A stretch of DNA of 61,146 bases, the filler included. It is 9 parts of 9 records of this genome, joined end to end, with 100 filler letters (N's around TTAATTAATTAA, not from the genome) between each part and the next. Parts side by side here need not be neighbours in the genome. Positions count along the whole stretch, not along the records: positions 49,740 to 56,005 come from SRR31156797_45467; positions 56,106 to 61,146 come from SRR31156797_45498; 7 more parts are not named here. The stretch is one strand, 5' to 3'. The notes under the pieces were generated by a model that was given only the letters and a program-made list of their open reading frames with translations, was not told the origin of the DNA and made no database searches. Position 1 is the stretch's first letter; the number at the start of each line of letters is the position of its first letter. Positions 49,740-59,745 of this stretch are shown in pieces. Both the position numbers and the translations under genes were made by a program.

Positions 49740-50014
49740 AAAAGGGTGGCCGCATTGGCCGAGGTCCCCGGCGTATTGATAAGCACGGCCGTGATGGAGC
49801 CGCCGTAGGTGCCACCGCAGTAGAGGGCCAGGCAGGTCAGGATGGCGGAGGTGGGCTCCATGCCGTAGGTCAGGGGGATGCAGAGGATGATACCCAGGTC
49901 GGAGGTGAGGCCGGGGATGGCGCCCACGATGATCCCGAGCATGATCCCCACGGGGATCAGTATGAAATTCTGCCAGATAAGCAGTTCTTGCAGTCCTTGT
50001 AAAAAGAAATCCAT
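49740..50014 (-). CDS. tctA: Tripartite tricarboxylate transporter large permease, 3'-truncated
   Basis: GIIVGAIPGL and YCGGTYGGSITAVLINTPGT. Confidence 0.9.
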
Positions 50015-50022
50015 AAAAGCTC

Positions 50023-50487
50023 CTAGGGAAGATTGACGTCAAGCAGAAGGGCGAAGACGCCGTAGACCACTCCGATGGTAAACAGGGAGAGGACGTAGTA
50101 GTACCACTTGCGGGCTCCGTAGTAGAGGAGAATGCCCGCCGAGAGCAGAGCGGTGGATACCACATAGCCCGCATAGGTCAGCAGGAAGCCGTAGATGACA
50201 AAAAGGGAGGCAAAGAGGACGCTGCGCATCTCCTTGCGAAATACGGCTGATTTAAAAGATTCCGAGCCGATCCGGACCGTCTTCTTGGGCGTCTTGATCA
50301 GACCCTGCAGAAAAAGGCAGCAGCTGAAGATAAACAGTCCCGCCGTAACGATCCGGGGGATGGTCTGAGCCGTGACTGCCGTTGTCTCCATCGTCTGGAT
50401 CTGGGAGGGGATCAGGGCGTAAAGGATTCCGGCCAGGACAAGAAAGAGGGCGCCGGATATGATGTCGGAATTGTACTTGATAACCAT
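50023..50487 (-). CDS. tctB: TTT small membrane subunit
   Basis: 4-TM protein ending in LLDVNLP, located between tctC and tctA. Confidence 0.85.
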   Translation of the reverse strand: MVIKYNSDIISGALFLVLAGILYALIPSQIQTMETTAVTAQTIPRIVTAGLFIFSCCLFLQGLIKTPKKTVRIGSESFKSAVFRKEMRSVLFASLFVIYGFLLTYAGYVVSTALLSAGILLYYGARKWYYYVLSLFTIGVVYGVFALLLDVNLP

Positions 50488-50544
50488 GGAAGATTCCTCA
50501 TCAAAGGCTCCCCCGCACGGGCGGGGAAGCCGTATAGAAATAGA

Positions 50545-51507
50545 TTACTTGATCAGATCAACATATTGAGTCATATCTTTGCTCTGAGCGTCAATGATGG
50601 CGAACAGCTCATCGGCGCCGATGCCGTAGCTCTCCATCTTCATCTCGTTCATAAAGGCCTTGAATTCCTCGTCGGCGTATACGTCCTTGATGTACTGGGT
50701 CAGCACTTCCTGCTTCTCGGGGGCCACGGAAGAGCGGACGGCGAAGTAGTCCAGACCGGTGAACTCAAGGTCTATGCCCTGGCTCTTGAAGGAGGGCTGA
50801 ACATCCAGTCCCTCCACCTTGATGGAATCGGGAGTGAAAACGCCCAGGGAGACGAGCTTGCCGCTCTTAACGTAGTCGGCGTATACGGGAGGAGAACCGA
50901 TGCTGATGTCCACATGACCGCCCACCAGGGCGTTGATGGCGTCCAAACCGCCGTTGAAGGGAACGGCCTTGGCCTCGATGCCCATCTTCTCGAAAAGCAC
51001 TGCCAGCAGGGTGTAGCCGTCGTTACCGGGGCCGCCGGTGGTGGCGTACTTGATCACGTTGCCCTTGGCGTACTCCTTCAGAGCCTCCATGCTGTCGATG
51101 CCGGAGACGGCGGGATTGGCCAGGCAGACGAACTCGACCGAGCGCATTCCGATAAGAGGGGTGATATCCCCAAGCTTGTAGCTGACTTTCTGGAAGTGAG
51201 GGGTCAGGGAGAAGAGAGGGCCGTTGGCCACGATCATGGTATAGCCGTCGTCCGCAGCCTTGATGGCGTCGGTCATGGCTATGGTTCCGGCTCCTCCGGT
51301 ATGGTTCTCAACGATTACGGGCTGGCCGAGATACTTTTCACCATAGGACGCGACCTTACGGGCGATAACGTCCACACCGCCGCCCAGTCCCCAGGGGACG
51401 ATGATCGTCACCTTCTTCGAGGGGTAGGCCTCCTGCTGTCCTTCTGCAGATACGAAACCGCCCAATACGGCCAGCAGCAGGAAAAGGGAAAGAACTTTCT
51501 TCTTCAT
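50545..51507 (-). CDS. tctC: TTT substrate-binding protein
   Basis: YPSKKVTIIVPW..GGG.D..AR, ENHTGGAG and ALVGGHVD; Spirochaete-style N-terminus (SAEGQQE). Confidence 0.9.
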   Translation of the reverse strand: MKKKVLSLFLLLAVLGGFVSAEGQQEAYPSKKVTIIVPWGLGGGVDVIARKVASYGEKYLGQPVIVENHTGGAGTIAMTDAIKAADDGYTMIVANGPLFSLTPHFQKVSYKLGDITPLIGMRSVEFVCLANPAVSGIDSMEALKEYAKGNVIKYATTGGPGNDGYTLLAVLFEKMGIEAKAVPFNGGLDAINALVGGHVDISIGSPPVYADYVKSGKLVSLGVFTPDSIKVEGLDVQPSFKSQGIDLEFTGLDYFAVRSSVAPEKQEVLTQYIKDVYADEEFKAFMNEMKMESYGIGADELFAIIDAQSKDMTQYVDLIK

Positions 51508-51532
51508 ACAAAACTCCTTTATAAGTTTCTAT

Positions 51533-52597
51533 TTATACCAGAGCCTCGGCTCTGCTATTCTCTACATCAATGCCCCCGCAGTCAAACAATTCCACGCTGC
51601 AGCCGCCTCCGGGAGCCAGGGAGACGATCAGGGCGTTAAAGGGAGAGTCCGCCTGAAAATAGGGTTCATAGCGGAGCTCGTCGGTGAACAGAAAGACCGT
51701 CCCTTCCCCGCAGACATCCCTGATCAGCCTGTAGCATTCGGGTCTGGAACTGCTGTTCCGCCTGTCCGAGGCGCTGGAAGTGACCACGACGGAGGGGTGG
51801 ATGGCTTCAGCGGCTTCGGCGGTGATGCTGTCGATCTGCCCGTGATGGGGCAGTTTGAACAGATGGATGTCCTGAGACCGCAGCTCGTCCAGCAGGGAAG
51901 CCGGCCATGCCTCAGGGCAGGAGTCGCCTGTCAGGAGGACACGGGCTCCCTTCCAGTCGAGCAGGAGAGCCAGACTGGTCATATTGCAGTCCCTGTTCAG
52001 AAGCACCAATTCGTCTCTGACCCGCTCCTCCGAAATAGGAACGTTCCCATTTTCATCATAAAGAGAGATAAGCCGGGAAGCAAAGCTTTTCCCCTCTTCA
52101 GTCAGGTTGTCCAGAACCTTGAACTCAAAGCCCGGGACCGGTCCGAGGACCTCCCCTTTGTCATCCAGGGCGCGAACGGATATGCCCTTTCGTTTGCAAC
52201 AGGCCAGTAAGGAACCGTAAATCTCCAGAGACTCCAGCAGGAAACCGGCCTCCGGAAAATCGGAAGCCGAAGGTCCCTTGCCCCAGATCCTCTCGGGGAT
52301 CAGAAAATTGACGAATACCTGCCCGATCTCCAGCTCTTCCGCCAGGGCCTCTGTCATAGCGACATGATCATCATGGGGGTGGCTGAGGATAAGCATATCC
52401 AGAACCCCCACCCCCCGGCTCTTCAGATAGCGGGTTACGGGGATGCGGGAACTGTCGGCCGCGTACTCCGAGGCATCGGCGCTGCCCGTATCCACAAGGA
52501 TCCTGCAGGGTTCCCGGTCCGCCCCCTCAGAGGGGATCTCCAAAAGCACGGCATCGCCGTAGCCAACATTTATAAAGTGTACATTCATCTGCATCAT
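51533..52597 (-). CDS. MBL-fold metallohydrolase (ComEC/Rec2-like catalytic domain)
   Basis: FINVGYGDA, VDTG, SHPHDDH, LLTGD and KLPHHG. Confidence 0.85.
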   Translation of the reverse strand: MMQMNVHFINVGYGDAVLLEIPSEGADREPCRILVDTGSADASEYAADSSRIPVTRYLKSRGVGVLDMLILSHPHDDHVAMTEALAEELEIGQVFVNFLIPERIWGKGPSASDFPEAGFLLESLEIYGSLLACCKRKGISVRALDDKGEVLGPVPGFEFKVLDNLTEEGKSFASRLISLYDENGNVPISEERVRDELVLLNRDCNMTSLALLLDWKGARVLLTGDSCPEAWPASLLDELRSQDIHLFKLPHHGQIDSITAEAAEAIHPSVVVTSSASDRRNSSSRPECYRLIRDVCGEGTVFLFTDELRYEPYFQADSPFNALIVSLAPGGGCSVELFDCGGIDVENSRAEALV

Positions 52598-52613
52598 TAC
52601 TTTCCTAAGGTAT

Positions 52614-53612
52614 TTAACCCGACTGACGAACCATAAGCTTCGTCTTTGTCACGATGGGACCGGGGGCGACGTTCTCACCACCGATCAGGCGGAACAGGGT
52701 ATCCACGGCCTCTCGTCCCATGGCGTCCTTGTCCACGTGCACCGAACTCAGTTCAGGCTCGATAACCTGACAGTAGTCGCTGTTGTCATAGCCCACGACG
52801 GCCATGTCTCCCGGAATGGAGAGCCCCGCCCGCAGCAGAACCTTCATCACCGAAACGGCGATCACATCGCTGTTGCAAAACAGGGCCGTAGGCCTTTCCC
52901 GCAGCGTCAGAATACGATTCGTAACCGCCATGATCTCATCAGGCCGGGGCTCCACATTCAGATCGATCCGCTCGTCATACCCCAGGCCACGCTCTTTCAG
53001 GGTATCCAGATAGGCCTGATGCCTTTTGGTGCAGAGAAAGGGACTGTAGAGTCCGGAGATCATGCCGATCCTCTCATGCCCCTGGCGGATCAGGTGCTCC
53101 ACCGCATCCCGGGCGCCCCGGTAGTCGTCGTTGATCACGCTGACGATGCCCTCTTCCGAGCCGACCAGATTGTTCAGCAGCACCACGGGTATCCCCTTCT
53201 CCCGGAAGGAGCGGATCATCTCCGGGCCGATCTGGCTGGCCAGGATGACGCCGTCCACCTTCTTCTCCATCATCATGCGGCTGCTGGGCAGGCTCATGTC
53301 GATATCGGAAGAGATGAACAGGCTGTTCCCTCTTCTGTTCACTCCGTCCACAACGGCCTCCACGATGGGAGCGTAGAAGGGGTTGGAGATCAGGGGCTTC
53401 TGCTTGTCGCAGATAATAAAACCGATATTGCCGGTTCTCTTCGTAATCATGGCCCGCGCCAGGGCATTGGGCGTATAGTTGATCGAGGCGGCTGCCTCGA
53501 AGATGCGATTACGGGTCGGTTCCTTCACCTTGTCGGGATCGGCATAGGCCCGGGAGACGGTGGATTTGGATACCCCGGCAATACGTGCTACATCATGGAT
53601 GGTTGGCCCCAT
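52614..53612 (-). CDS. LacI family transcriptional regulator
   Basis: TIHDVARIAGVSKSTVSR, YTPNALAR and IPGDMAVVGYD. Confidence 0.95.
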   Translation of the reverse strand: MGPTIHDVARIAGVSKSTVSRAYADPDKVKEPTRNRIFEAAASINYTPNALARAMITKRTGNIGFIICDKQKPLISNPFYAPIVEAVVDGVNRRGNSLFISSDIDMSLPSSRMMMEKKVDGVILASQIGPEMIRSFREKGIPVVLLNNLVGSEEGIVSVINDDYRGARDAVEHLIRQGHERIGMISGLYSPFLCTKRHQAYLDTLKERGLGYDERIDLNVEPRPDEIMAVTNRILTLRERPTALFCNSDVIAVSVMKVLLRAGLSIPGDMAVVGYDNSDYCQVIEPELSSVHVDKDAMGREAVDTLFRLIGGENVAPGPIVTKTKLMVRQSG

Positions 53613-53639
53613 GTCCGCCTCCTCTGATTCATCCCGCCA

Positions 53640-53661
53640 AAAATGGGAACGTTCTCATTTT
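53640..53661. promoter_or_regulatory. LacI-family operator palindrome
   Basis: AAAATGGGAACGTTCTCATTTT is a near-perfect palindrome with a central CG, 28 bp upstream of the lacI-family start. Confidence 0.7.
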
Positions 53662-53704
53662 CAGTAAAATAAAATAATTTCCGGGAAATCCGGATGCTGA
53701 AATC

Positions 53705-53734
53705 ATAATAGAAGCGCTTTTATCCAGTTGTCAA
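53705..53734 (-). promoter_or_regulatory. Sigma70-type promoter with a second operator-like site in the spacer
   Basis: TTGACA-N18-TATTAT on the minus strand; AGAAGCGCTTTT palindrome in the spacer. Confidence 0.6.
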
Positions 53735-53845
53735 GATTTTTTTCGATTTTATTTCCAGCCCGCCCTTCTCCCTGTCTATCCGGTAACGGAGGACCGGGCA
53801 CCGGCGGCCCCGGAGACAGAGAAGCTCCGCACTATGCTCAGGCCA

Positions 53846-54697
53846 TCAGGTCTCGGACAGGATGTGACGATCAGCCGCCGCCCGGCCCATGCGGTACCCC
53901 TCCCGCAGAACGGCGCTGTCCCGGGTGGTCCTTCCGACGGAAAAATCATCGGGAGGACTGATTACGGAGATGCGGCAATCCGCTGGAGGCGATTCGATAA
54001 AGTCGACCGCCCGGTTATAATGGCGCCCCCTTTCGCCCATCACCCTGCGGATCGCGGGACGGTCCCTGAGCATCAGGTCGTTCAGAAGGCTCTTCTTCTC
54101 CTTTTTACGGTATCCGGACGGGCGGGAAAGGATCACCGTAATATCCCGGGCGCCCATCTCGTAGGCCTTGATCACCGGGATGGAGTCGGACACGCCGCCG
54201 TCCGTCATAGGCCGCCCCAAAAGCTCGGGATATCCCCTGTAAAAAACGGGCAGGGCGCTGGAGGCCTTCAGATGATGCTCCAGGCTGCCGGCCTCGGCAG
54301 GGAGGTACAGGGCTTCCCCTGTAAGTGCATCTGTGGTAACGACATAAAAAGGTGTATCCTGTCGGGAGAAAGCGGCAAGGTCCAGACGGATTTCCCTGAT
54401 CGTGATGTCCCAGAGCCAATCAAGGTCAAGGACATGTCCCCCCGTAAACAGCCGACCGAATGATATAAACTCGGGGCGGCAGGAATAATCTGTGAAGACC
54501 TTCAGGTTCCTCTCCTTCTGACCGCAGAGCCATGCCGCCAGATTGACCGCTCCGGCTGAAACGCCGATGCAGAAATCATAGGGATTGAAGTCCTTCTCCA
54601 TAAAGCCGTCCAGCACCCCCGCAGCGAAGATGCCGCGCATGGCGCCGCCCTCGACCACAAGGGCCCGGGCATCGTTATAGTCCTGAGTAACAGCCAT
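53846..54697 (-). CDS. Patatin-like phospholipase (YjjU/DUF6363-like)
   Basis: EGGAMRG, GVSAG and DGG motifs. Confidence 0.9.
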   Translation of the reverse strand: MAVTQDYNDARALVVEGGAMRGIFAAGVLDGFMEKDFNPYDFCIGVSAGAVNLAAWLCGQKERNLKVFTDYSCRPEFISFGRLFTGGHVLDLDWLWDITIREIRLDLAAFSRQDTPFYVVTTDALTGEALYLPAEAGSLEHHLKASSALPVFYRGYPELLGRPMTDGGVSDSIPVIKAYEMGARDITVILSRPSGYRKKEKKSLLNDLMLRDRPAIRRVMGERGRHYNRAVDFIESPPADCRISVISPPDDFSVGRTTRDSAVLREGYRMGRAAADRHILSET

Positions 54698-54708
54698 CTC
54701 TTTCCCCC

Positions 54709-54934
54709 TTATGCCGTAATCTCGATTCGGTTCCCCTCGGGATCCAGAACGCAGCTCTCGAAGTAGCCGTCACCGGTCCGCCGGGGCTCCGCCTTCAAAG
54801 CTCAGAAAATATGACTCGAAGCCCTTTTCGGAGTTAATGTACCTGTCACTGGAAAGGGCCCCGAAATAGCGGCAGTAAAAATCCCGCATACCCTCAAGAT
54901 CCCGACACCAGAGCGCCGCATGTTCTATCCTCAT
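54709..54934 (-). pseudogene. VOC/glyoxalase family pseudogene (internal deletion + frameshift)
   Basis: MRIEHAALWCRDLEGMRDFYCRYFG...GFESYFLSFEGGA, then a frame switch to RRTGDGYFESCVLDPEGNRIEITA*. Confidence 0.75.
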
Positions 54935-55052
54935 GGTTCACAGGTTACAGCATCTTCCGCCTCCGAACCAGTACCGGATGCGATCAGTCAGACCACGGCC
55001 GCAGAGGCATTCATTCTTGCGCCGGAAGGAAGGGCATCTTAAGATTAATAAC

Positions 55053-55772
55053 ATGAAGCGCCGCAATCAGAACAGGACTCCCCACAAGCCTCCCGACCTT
55101 ATGCGCTACAGGATCGTTTTCTCTGTGACCGTTGTTACCTGCTTCCTCTTCATCCTTTTTGGGTTCCTGAATCTTCTGAAAGGCAATAGAACCGTAGGCT
55201 ACACCGAAGGGCTGGTCGGCCTGTCGGTCCTTATCTTCAATCTCTATTTTCTCAGGATAAAAAACAGGTACAAGGTCCCCAGGACGATCGTCAACGCCAT
55301 CACCATTGCCATGTCTCTCTACCTCTATCAGAACGGGGGATTCTCCGGAACGGGAATCTTCTGGCTCACCGTTCTTCCCGGCCTTTACATATCGACCGGG
55401 GGCCTAGGGAAGGGAAGTTTCTGGATCGCCCTGCAGCTTTCCCTTCTGGCACTGCTCTACCTGCTGGCGCAGTTTCAGGTCATAGAGATCGCCTACAGCG
55501 GGACACAATCCCTGGCTTCCCTGGCGGTTTATGTCTTCTCCGCCTCCATCTTCTACTCCTATGAGATCAGCCGGAACATCTATAAAAGGGAGATCAGCGT
55601 CCTACAGGGCCTCCTCCCCATCTGCTCCTACTGTAAGAAGATAAGAGATGAAGAGGGGCGATGGCACCAGATGGAGCACTACCTCAATGAGGAAGCGGAC
55701 ATAGACTTCAGTCATGGGATCTGCCCCGAATGCCTGAGCTTGCACTTCCCCGGTTTCAAGAAGAAAAAGTAA
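55053..55772 (+). CDS. Membrane protein with a C-terminal LPICxxCKKIR...SHGICPEC Cys-rich domain
   Basis: 5-6 TM helices plus a Cys motif typical of signalling-protein C-termini; start uncertain. Confidence 0.7.
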   Translation: MKRRNQNRTPHKPPDLMRYRIVFSVTVVTCFLFILFGFLNLLKGNRTVGYTEGLVGLSVLIFNLYFLRIKNRYKVPRTIVNAITIAMSLYLYQNGGFSGTGIFWLTVLPGLYISTGGLGKGSFWIALQLSLLALLYLLAQFQVIEIAYSGTQSLASLAVYVFSASIFYSYEISRNIYKREISVLQGLLPICSYCKKIRDEEGRWHQMEHYLNEEADIDFSHGICPECLSLHFPGFKKKK

Positions 55773-55879
55773 GGGGCGCCGAGCGGAGAGCTTTGATTCT
55801 CCCGTTCCCCACCCGCACTCCATAACGGATGAAGCCGGCCACAGGGCCGGCTTTCCTATCTCAACGAAAATCAGAAGGC

Positions 55880-56005
55880 TCAGGCGACTCCGGATTTTTT
55901 CCTGGTATAGATATCGTACCATACGGCCAGAAGCAGAACCGTAGCCTTCACCACATACTGCCAGTCGGCGCCGATATTCATCAGGGACATACCGTTGTTG
56001 ATAAC
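55880..56005 (-). CDS. C-terminal fragment of a sugar ABC transporter permease
   Basis: Translated by hand: VINNGMSLMNIGADWQYVVKATVLLLAVWYDIYTRKKSGVA*. Confidence 0.8.
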   Translation of the reverse strand, partial: VINNGMSLMNIGADWQYVVKATVLLLAVWYDIYTRKKSGVA

Positions 56006-56229
56006 NNNNNNNNNNNNNNNNNNNNNNNNNNNNNNNNNNNNNNNNNNNNTTAATTAATTAANNNNNNNNNNNNNNNNNNNNNNNNNNNNNNNNNNNNNNN
56101 NNNNNAGAAAATAGATAAACAATCAAAAAGCCAATGCCTCTCAGCATTTTGCGGTTAGTAATAGTGGTTTGATCCAATGGCTAAGAGCTAAAAGCTAACA
56201 TTGGTGCCGGTGGGCGGCGCAAGAACCAT

Positions 56230-57990
56230 ATGCAATTAAACAACCTTAGATCCAAGCTCAACACCCTGAAACCCCATCTGCCCGGCAGGGTTCTGGTTTT
56301 CGAAAGCACCGGTTTCGCCCTGTACGGCGTTCTCGCCCAGGGGCATGTGACCGCCTCCATTTTTCTCAACCCACCGGCAGTTTCCCATAATCCTGATTTT
56401 TCCACGGCCATCGGCGAAGTGCTGAAACAGCTTCGTGCACAGTCTCGATTTCCGCTGCCTAAAAAATCCGTTCTGGTCACCCCCTCGGCGGCCAGCGACC
56501 TGCTGTCGCTGCCGGTGAACCCCAAAAAGCCACGCCCGGCCGCCCAGATGGGCGAAATGGTGCGTTGGGAGCTGGAAGAGCTGTTTGTACGCCAAAACGA
56601 CCTCTGGCCCGTGGGGGCGCTCCTCCAGGGCCGGGGGCACATCACCGCCGAGCAACGGCGTGCCGCCGAATCCGGGGGCGGGGCCACGACCAGTGTGGAA
56701 TCCTACAGGGAGCTGGTGGCCGTCGAGCAGATAGACGCGTGCCTGACCCTGCAGGAGCAGCTTACCGCCATGGACGAAGATCTGTCCGTGGGCTGGCGAT
56801 CCCAGCCGGACAGGGAGGCGGTGGAGCAGTTCACCTGGTACGGGTCCGGCATCGACGGCGGTGTCCGCAATACATGGGTGCAGGCCTTTCAGAAGAACGG
56901 ATTGAATCTGGCTCAAATCTATCCCCGATTGGGTGCAGCCCTGCCCCTGGTCGATACCGGCGAAGACGGCTGGCTGCTGATCGATGTGCAACAGGAGCAG
57001 TGGGGCCTTTTCCAGGGCAAAAATGGCCGGATTCGATCCATAAGCCGGCAGCCCTGCCCCTTCGGCTCCCCGGTGCCTGAGGAAATCGCGGACATCGCGT
57101 TCAGATCCGTACTGCCGGACATTAGCGGCGTTTTCATCTCCGCGCCCGGTCCCCTGGCCGCATCCACCGCCGCTGCCCTGGCGTCGAAACTGATCGGCCG
57201 GGAAATCGCCGTCTCTCCGATTACGGAAAACCTCGATATCGGTTCGTCCGCCATGCCGCCTCAACCGGAAATCGCCGGCGCCGAACCGGATTGTCCGGCG
57301 CCGGTTCTCGCCGTCTTGCACGGGGCGGCAAAACACGCGCTGAAGCGCAGCCGGTCCACCATTTCGGCTCCCATCGCGGCCCAGGCGCCCAAACCGCCGA
57401 TCCTGAAGCGCAAGGAGCTCTGGCCCTGGGCCGTCATCGCCCTGCTGGCCGTCGGCATCGTGGCTGTCGACACCACCATGCGCATGCAGATCGAAGACAA
57501 ACAGTGGGAACTGGACAAGCTGGATATCGAATACGAGCGCCGGTTGAAACTGAAGAAACAGGCCGAGGTGCTTGCCCAGGAAGCCAACGGTTTAAAGATC
57601 AAACTCGCCGGGAAAGAGGCCGAACTCGCCGAACTGCAGCGGCAGAAGGAGATCCTCGACAAGGTCATCCGCCACCGCCAGCAGATGGTGCCAGGGATTC
57701 TGGAGGCCATCGGCGAGGGCGTGACCGACGAGGTTGTGCTTGATCGCCTGGAGGAGAACGGGAACCGCAGTGGCTTCAGCCTGGCGGGGTGGGCCCTGCG
57801 CAGCACCGACGGTCAGCGGTTCGGCCAGCGCCTCAATGAGGCCCTGGCCCCCTGGAATTACAAGGTCGACGATCTGCAGATGGTGCGGGGCAAGGGCCGG
57901 CTCGACATCGAAGGATATGTCTTAAGCATCCGAATTACGGCAATGCCGGTCAGTGGAATGAATTCGGCCCCGAAAAAAGAGAAGCCATGA
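56230..57990 (+). CDS. Type IV pilus/T2SS alignment protein (PilM-PilN/GspL-like)
   Basis: Large cytoplasmic domain, a single TM, a coiled coil and a PilN-like tail; first gene of an operon with PilT and PilB/GspE ATPases. Confidence 0.6.
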   Translation: MQLNNLRSKLNTLKPHLPGRVLVFESTGFALYGVLAQGHVTASIFLNPPAVSHNPDFSTAIGEVLKQLRAQSRFPLPKKSVLVTPSAASDLLSLPVNPKKPRPAAQMGEMVRWELEELFVRQNDLWPVGALLQGRGHITAEQRRAAESGGGATTSVESYRELVAVEQIDACLTLQEQLTAMDEDLSVGWRSQPDREAVEQFTWYGSGIDGGVRNTWVQAFQKNGLNLAQIYPRLGAALPLVDTGEDGWLLIDVQQEQWGLFQGKNGRIRSISRQPCPFGSPVPEEIADIAFRSVLPDISGVFISAPGPLAASTAAALASKLIGREIAVSPITENLDIGSSAMPPQPEIAGAEPDCPAPVLAVLHGAAKHALKRSRSTISAPIAAQAPKPPILKRKELWPWAVIALLAVGIVAVDTTMRMQIEDKQWELDKLDIEYERRLKLKKQAEVLAQEANGLKIKLAGKEAELAELQRQKEILDKVIRHRQQMVPGILEAIGEGVTDEVVLDRLEENGNRSGFSLAGWALRSTDGQRFGQRLNEALAPWNYKVDDLQMVRGKGRLDIEGYVLSIRITAMPVSGMNSAPKKEKP

Positions 57991-58628
57991 TCGAAAGATG
58001 GAAAAACATGTCCCGCGGGGACCGGCTGCGGCTGCAGCTCGTGATTATCTTCCTGATGATAGCCTTATACGGCCTGGTGCTCTACCTGCCGAGAAAAAAC
58101 AAGCTGGACGATGTTAAAAAAATGCTGCACCGCCGCCAGGACCGCATCGAGAAACGGGCCGATATCAGCAAGTTAGGGGATGACGGGCTCAACGCCAAAA
58201 CCATTTCCAAGAAAATCGCCAAGGTGGAAGCGGAAATCGAGGCGCTTCAGGAGACCTTTAATGAACTGGACACCGGCTTCGCCCCCATGGACTCCAGCGA
58301 GATGCGCCAGCAGCTCATGCTGGAGATTTCAACTCTGGCCTCACGAACCGGGGTCACCCTTTTTTCCGTGTCCAGAAAGGGCGCTTCTGCCAACAAGGCG
58401 TCCGCTTCCCAGGTGTTGGATTTGGCCATCGGCCGGCCCCTGCTCAACATTAAGGCGGGAGCTGGTTATTGGGACATACTGGCCTTTATCCGCGGCCTCA
58501 ACGACCTCTCCTTTTACGTGGCGGTGATGAACCTGAAAGTGTCCACCACTCCGCCTCGAGAGGACCAACGCTATGGGGACCAGATGTCCGTCAACACTCT
58601 TTTCGTCTCCCTCGAGTTATCCATGTGA
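57987..58628 (+). CDS. PilO/GspM-like protein
   Basis: N-terminal TM, coiled coil and GYWDILAFIRGLNDL motif; operon context. Confidence 0.6.
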   Translation: MIERWKNMSRGDRLRLQLVIIFLMIALYGLVLYLPRKNKLDDVKKMLHRRQDRIEKRADISKLGDDGLNAKTISKKIAKVEAEIEALQETFNELDTGFAPMDSSEMRQQLMLEISTLASRTGVTLFSVSRKGASANKASASQVLDLAIGRPLLNIKAGAGYWDILAFIRGLNDLSFYVAVMNLKVSTTPPREDQRYGDQMSVNTLFVSLELSM

Positions 58629-58641
58629 GGAAACTGGGACC

Positions 58642-59745
58642 ATGACCGTTAACGACCTTTGGGAAGACTTGCTGCACACCTGTGTGGTATTGGACGCTTC
58701 TGACATGCACCTGACCAGCGGCGAGCCGGTGCGGTTCCGGGTTCACGGCAAGTTGTGCCGCAACGGCGATGCGCCTATGGATGAGGGGACACTCGCCGGG
58801 ATGGCCGCCGGTATCATGTCCGAGCAGCAACAGATTGAATTTGACAAATGGCAGACCGTAGATTTGGGTTATTCTGCAGCTGACGGGAGCCGGTTTCGGG
58901 TGAACTGCTACCGGGAGCGGGGCAAACCGGCCATCGCCGTCCGCCACCTGGAGCAGAATCTGCTCTCTTTGCATTCGCTGGGGCTGCCCCTGCAGCTTCG
59001 GGACCTGGCCTACCTGCCTTCCGGCCTGGTGCTGGTGACCGGTGCCACGGGCAGCGGCAAGTCCACCACCCTGGCCGTTCTTCTGGATGAGGTCAACCGC
59101 CACCGGGAGTGCCATATCCTCACGGTGGAGGACCCGGTGGAATTCGTCCATGCCAACAAGAAAAGCCTGGTCCACCACCGGGAAGTAAAAACCGATGTCC
59201 CCGGCTTTGCCGAGGCGGTGCGTGCCGCCCTGCGCGAGGATCCTGACGTGATCATGGTGGGGGAGATGCGCGATCTGGAGACCATGCAAGCCTCCATCAC
59301 CGCGGCGGAGACCGGGCACCTGGTCTTTTCCACCCTGCACACCGGCGAGGCTGTCGGGGCGGTGGACCGCTTCATCGGCCACTTTTCCGGCCCGGAGCAG
59401 GAAGTGGCCCGGCACCGCATCTCCATGGTGCTGCGGGCCGTCGTCGCCCAGCGGCTGGTGATACGGGCAGACGGACAGGGCCAGGTGCCGGCCACCGAGA
59501 TGCTGAAGATCACGCCGGGTGCGGCCAACCTGATCCGAACCGCGAAAACCCGCCAGCTCTACGCCATGATGGAGGCCGGGGCCAGGAAGGGCATGTGGAC
59601 CCTGGATCAGGACCTGGCCCGGCTGGTGAAAACCAATCGAATCCACCGGGAAGACGCCATTCGGTTATGCCAGAATCCGGCGGGCTTCGACCAGCTCGTT
59701 CTCGTGGCCGGCAGCGGAAAGGTGAAGAACCATGCCGGTCACTGA
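58642..59745 (+). CDS. pilT: PilT/PilU family type IV pilus ATPase
   Basis: ASDMHL, GATGSGKSTT, TVEDPVE, ALREDPDVIMVGEMRD and AAETGHLVFSTLHT. Confidence 0.85.
   Translation: MTVNDLWEDLLHTCVVLDASDMHLTSGEPVRFRVHGKLCRNGDAPMDEGTLAGMAAGIMSEQQQIEFDKWQTVDLGYSAADGSRFRVNCYRERGKPAIAVRHLEQNLLSLHSLGLPLQLRDLAYLPSGLVLVTGATGSGKSTTLAVLLDEVNRHRECHILTVEDPVEFVHANKKSLVHHREVKTDVPGFAEAVRAALREDPDVIMVGEMRDLETMQASITAAETGHLVFSTLHTGEAVGAVDRFIGHFSGPEQEVARHRISMVLRAVVAQRLVIRADGQGQVPATEMLKITPGAANLIRTAKTRQLYAMMEAGARKGMWTLDQDLARLVKTNRIHREDAIRLCQNPAGFDQLVLVAGSGKVKNHAGH

Noticed and set aside
10289-56105. Recurrent TTAATTAATTAA flanked by N-runs as a biological repeat, and ORFs running into X or ending in LIN
   Set aside because: These are artificial concatenation linkers; cross-contig neighbourhoods such as the defence array plus STAND-TPR cannot be treated as one locus.
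56106-56229. c-di-GMP riboswitch upstream of the pilus operon (CCAATG...CATTGG hairpin)
   Set aside because: The conserved GEMM elements are not recognisable; only a weak hairpin is present.
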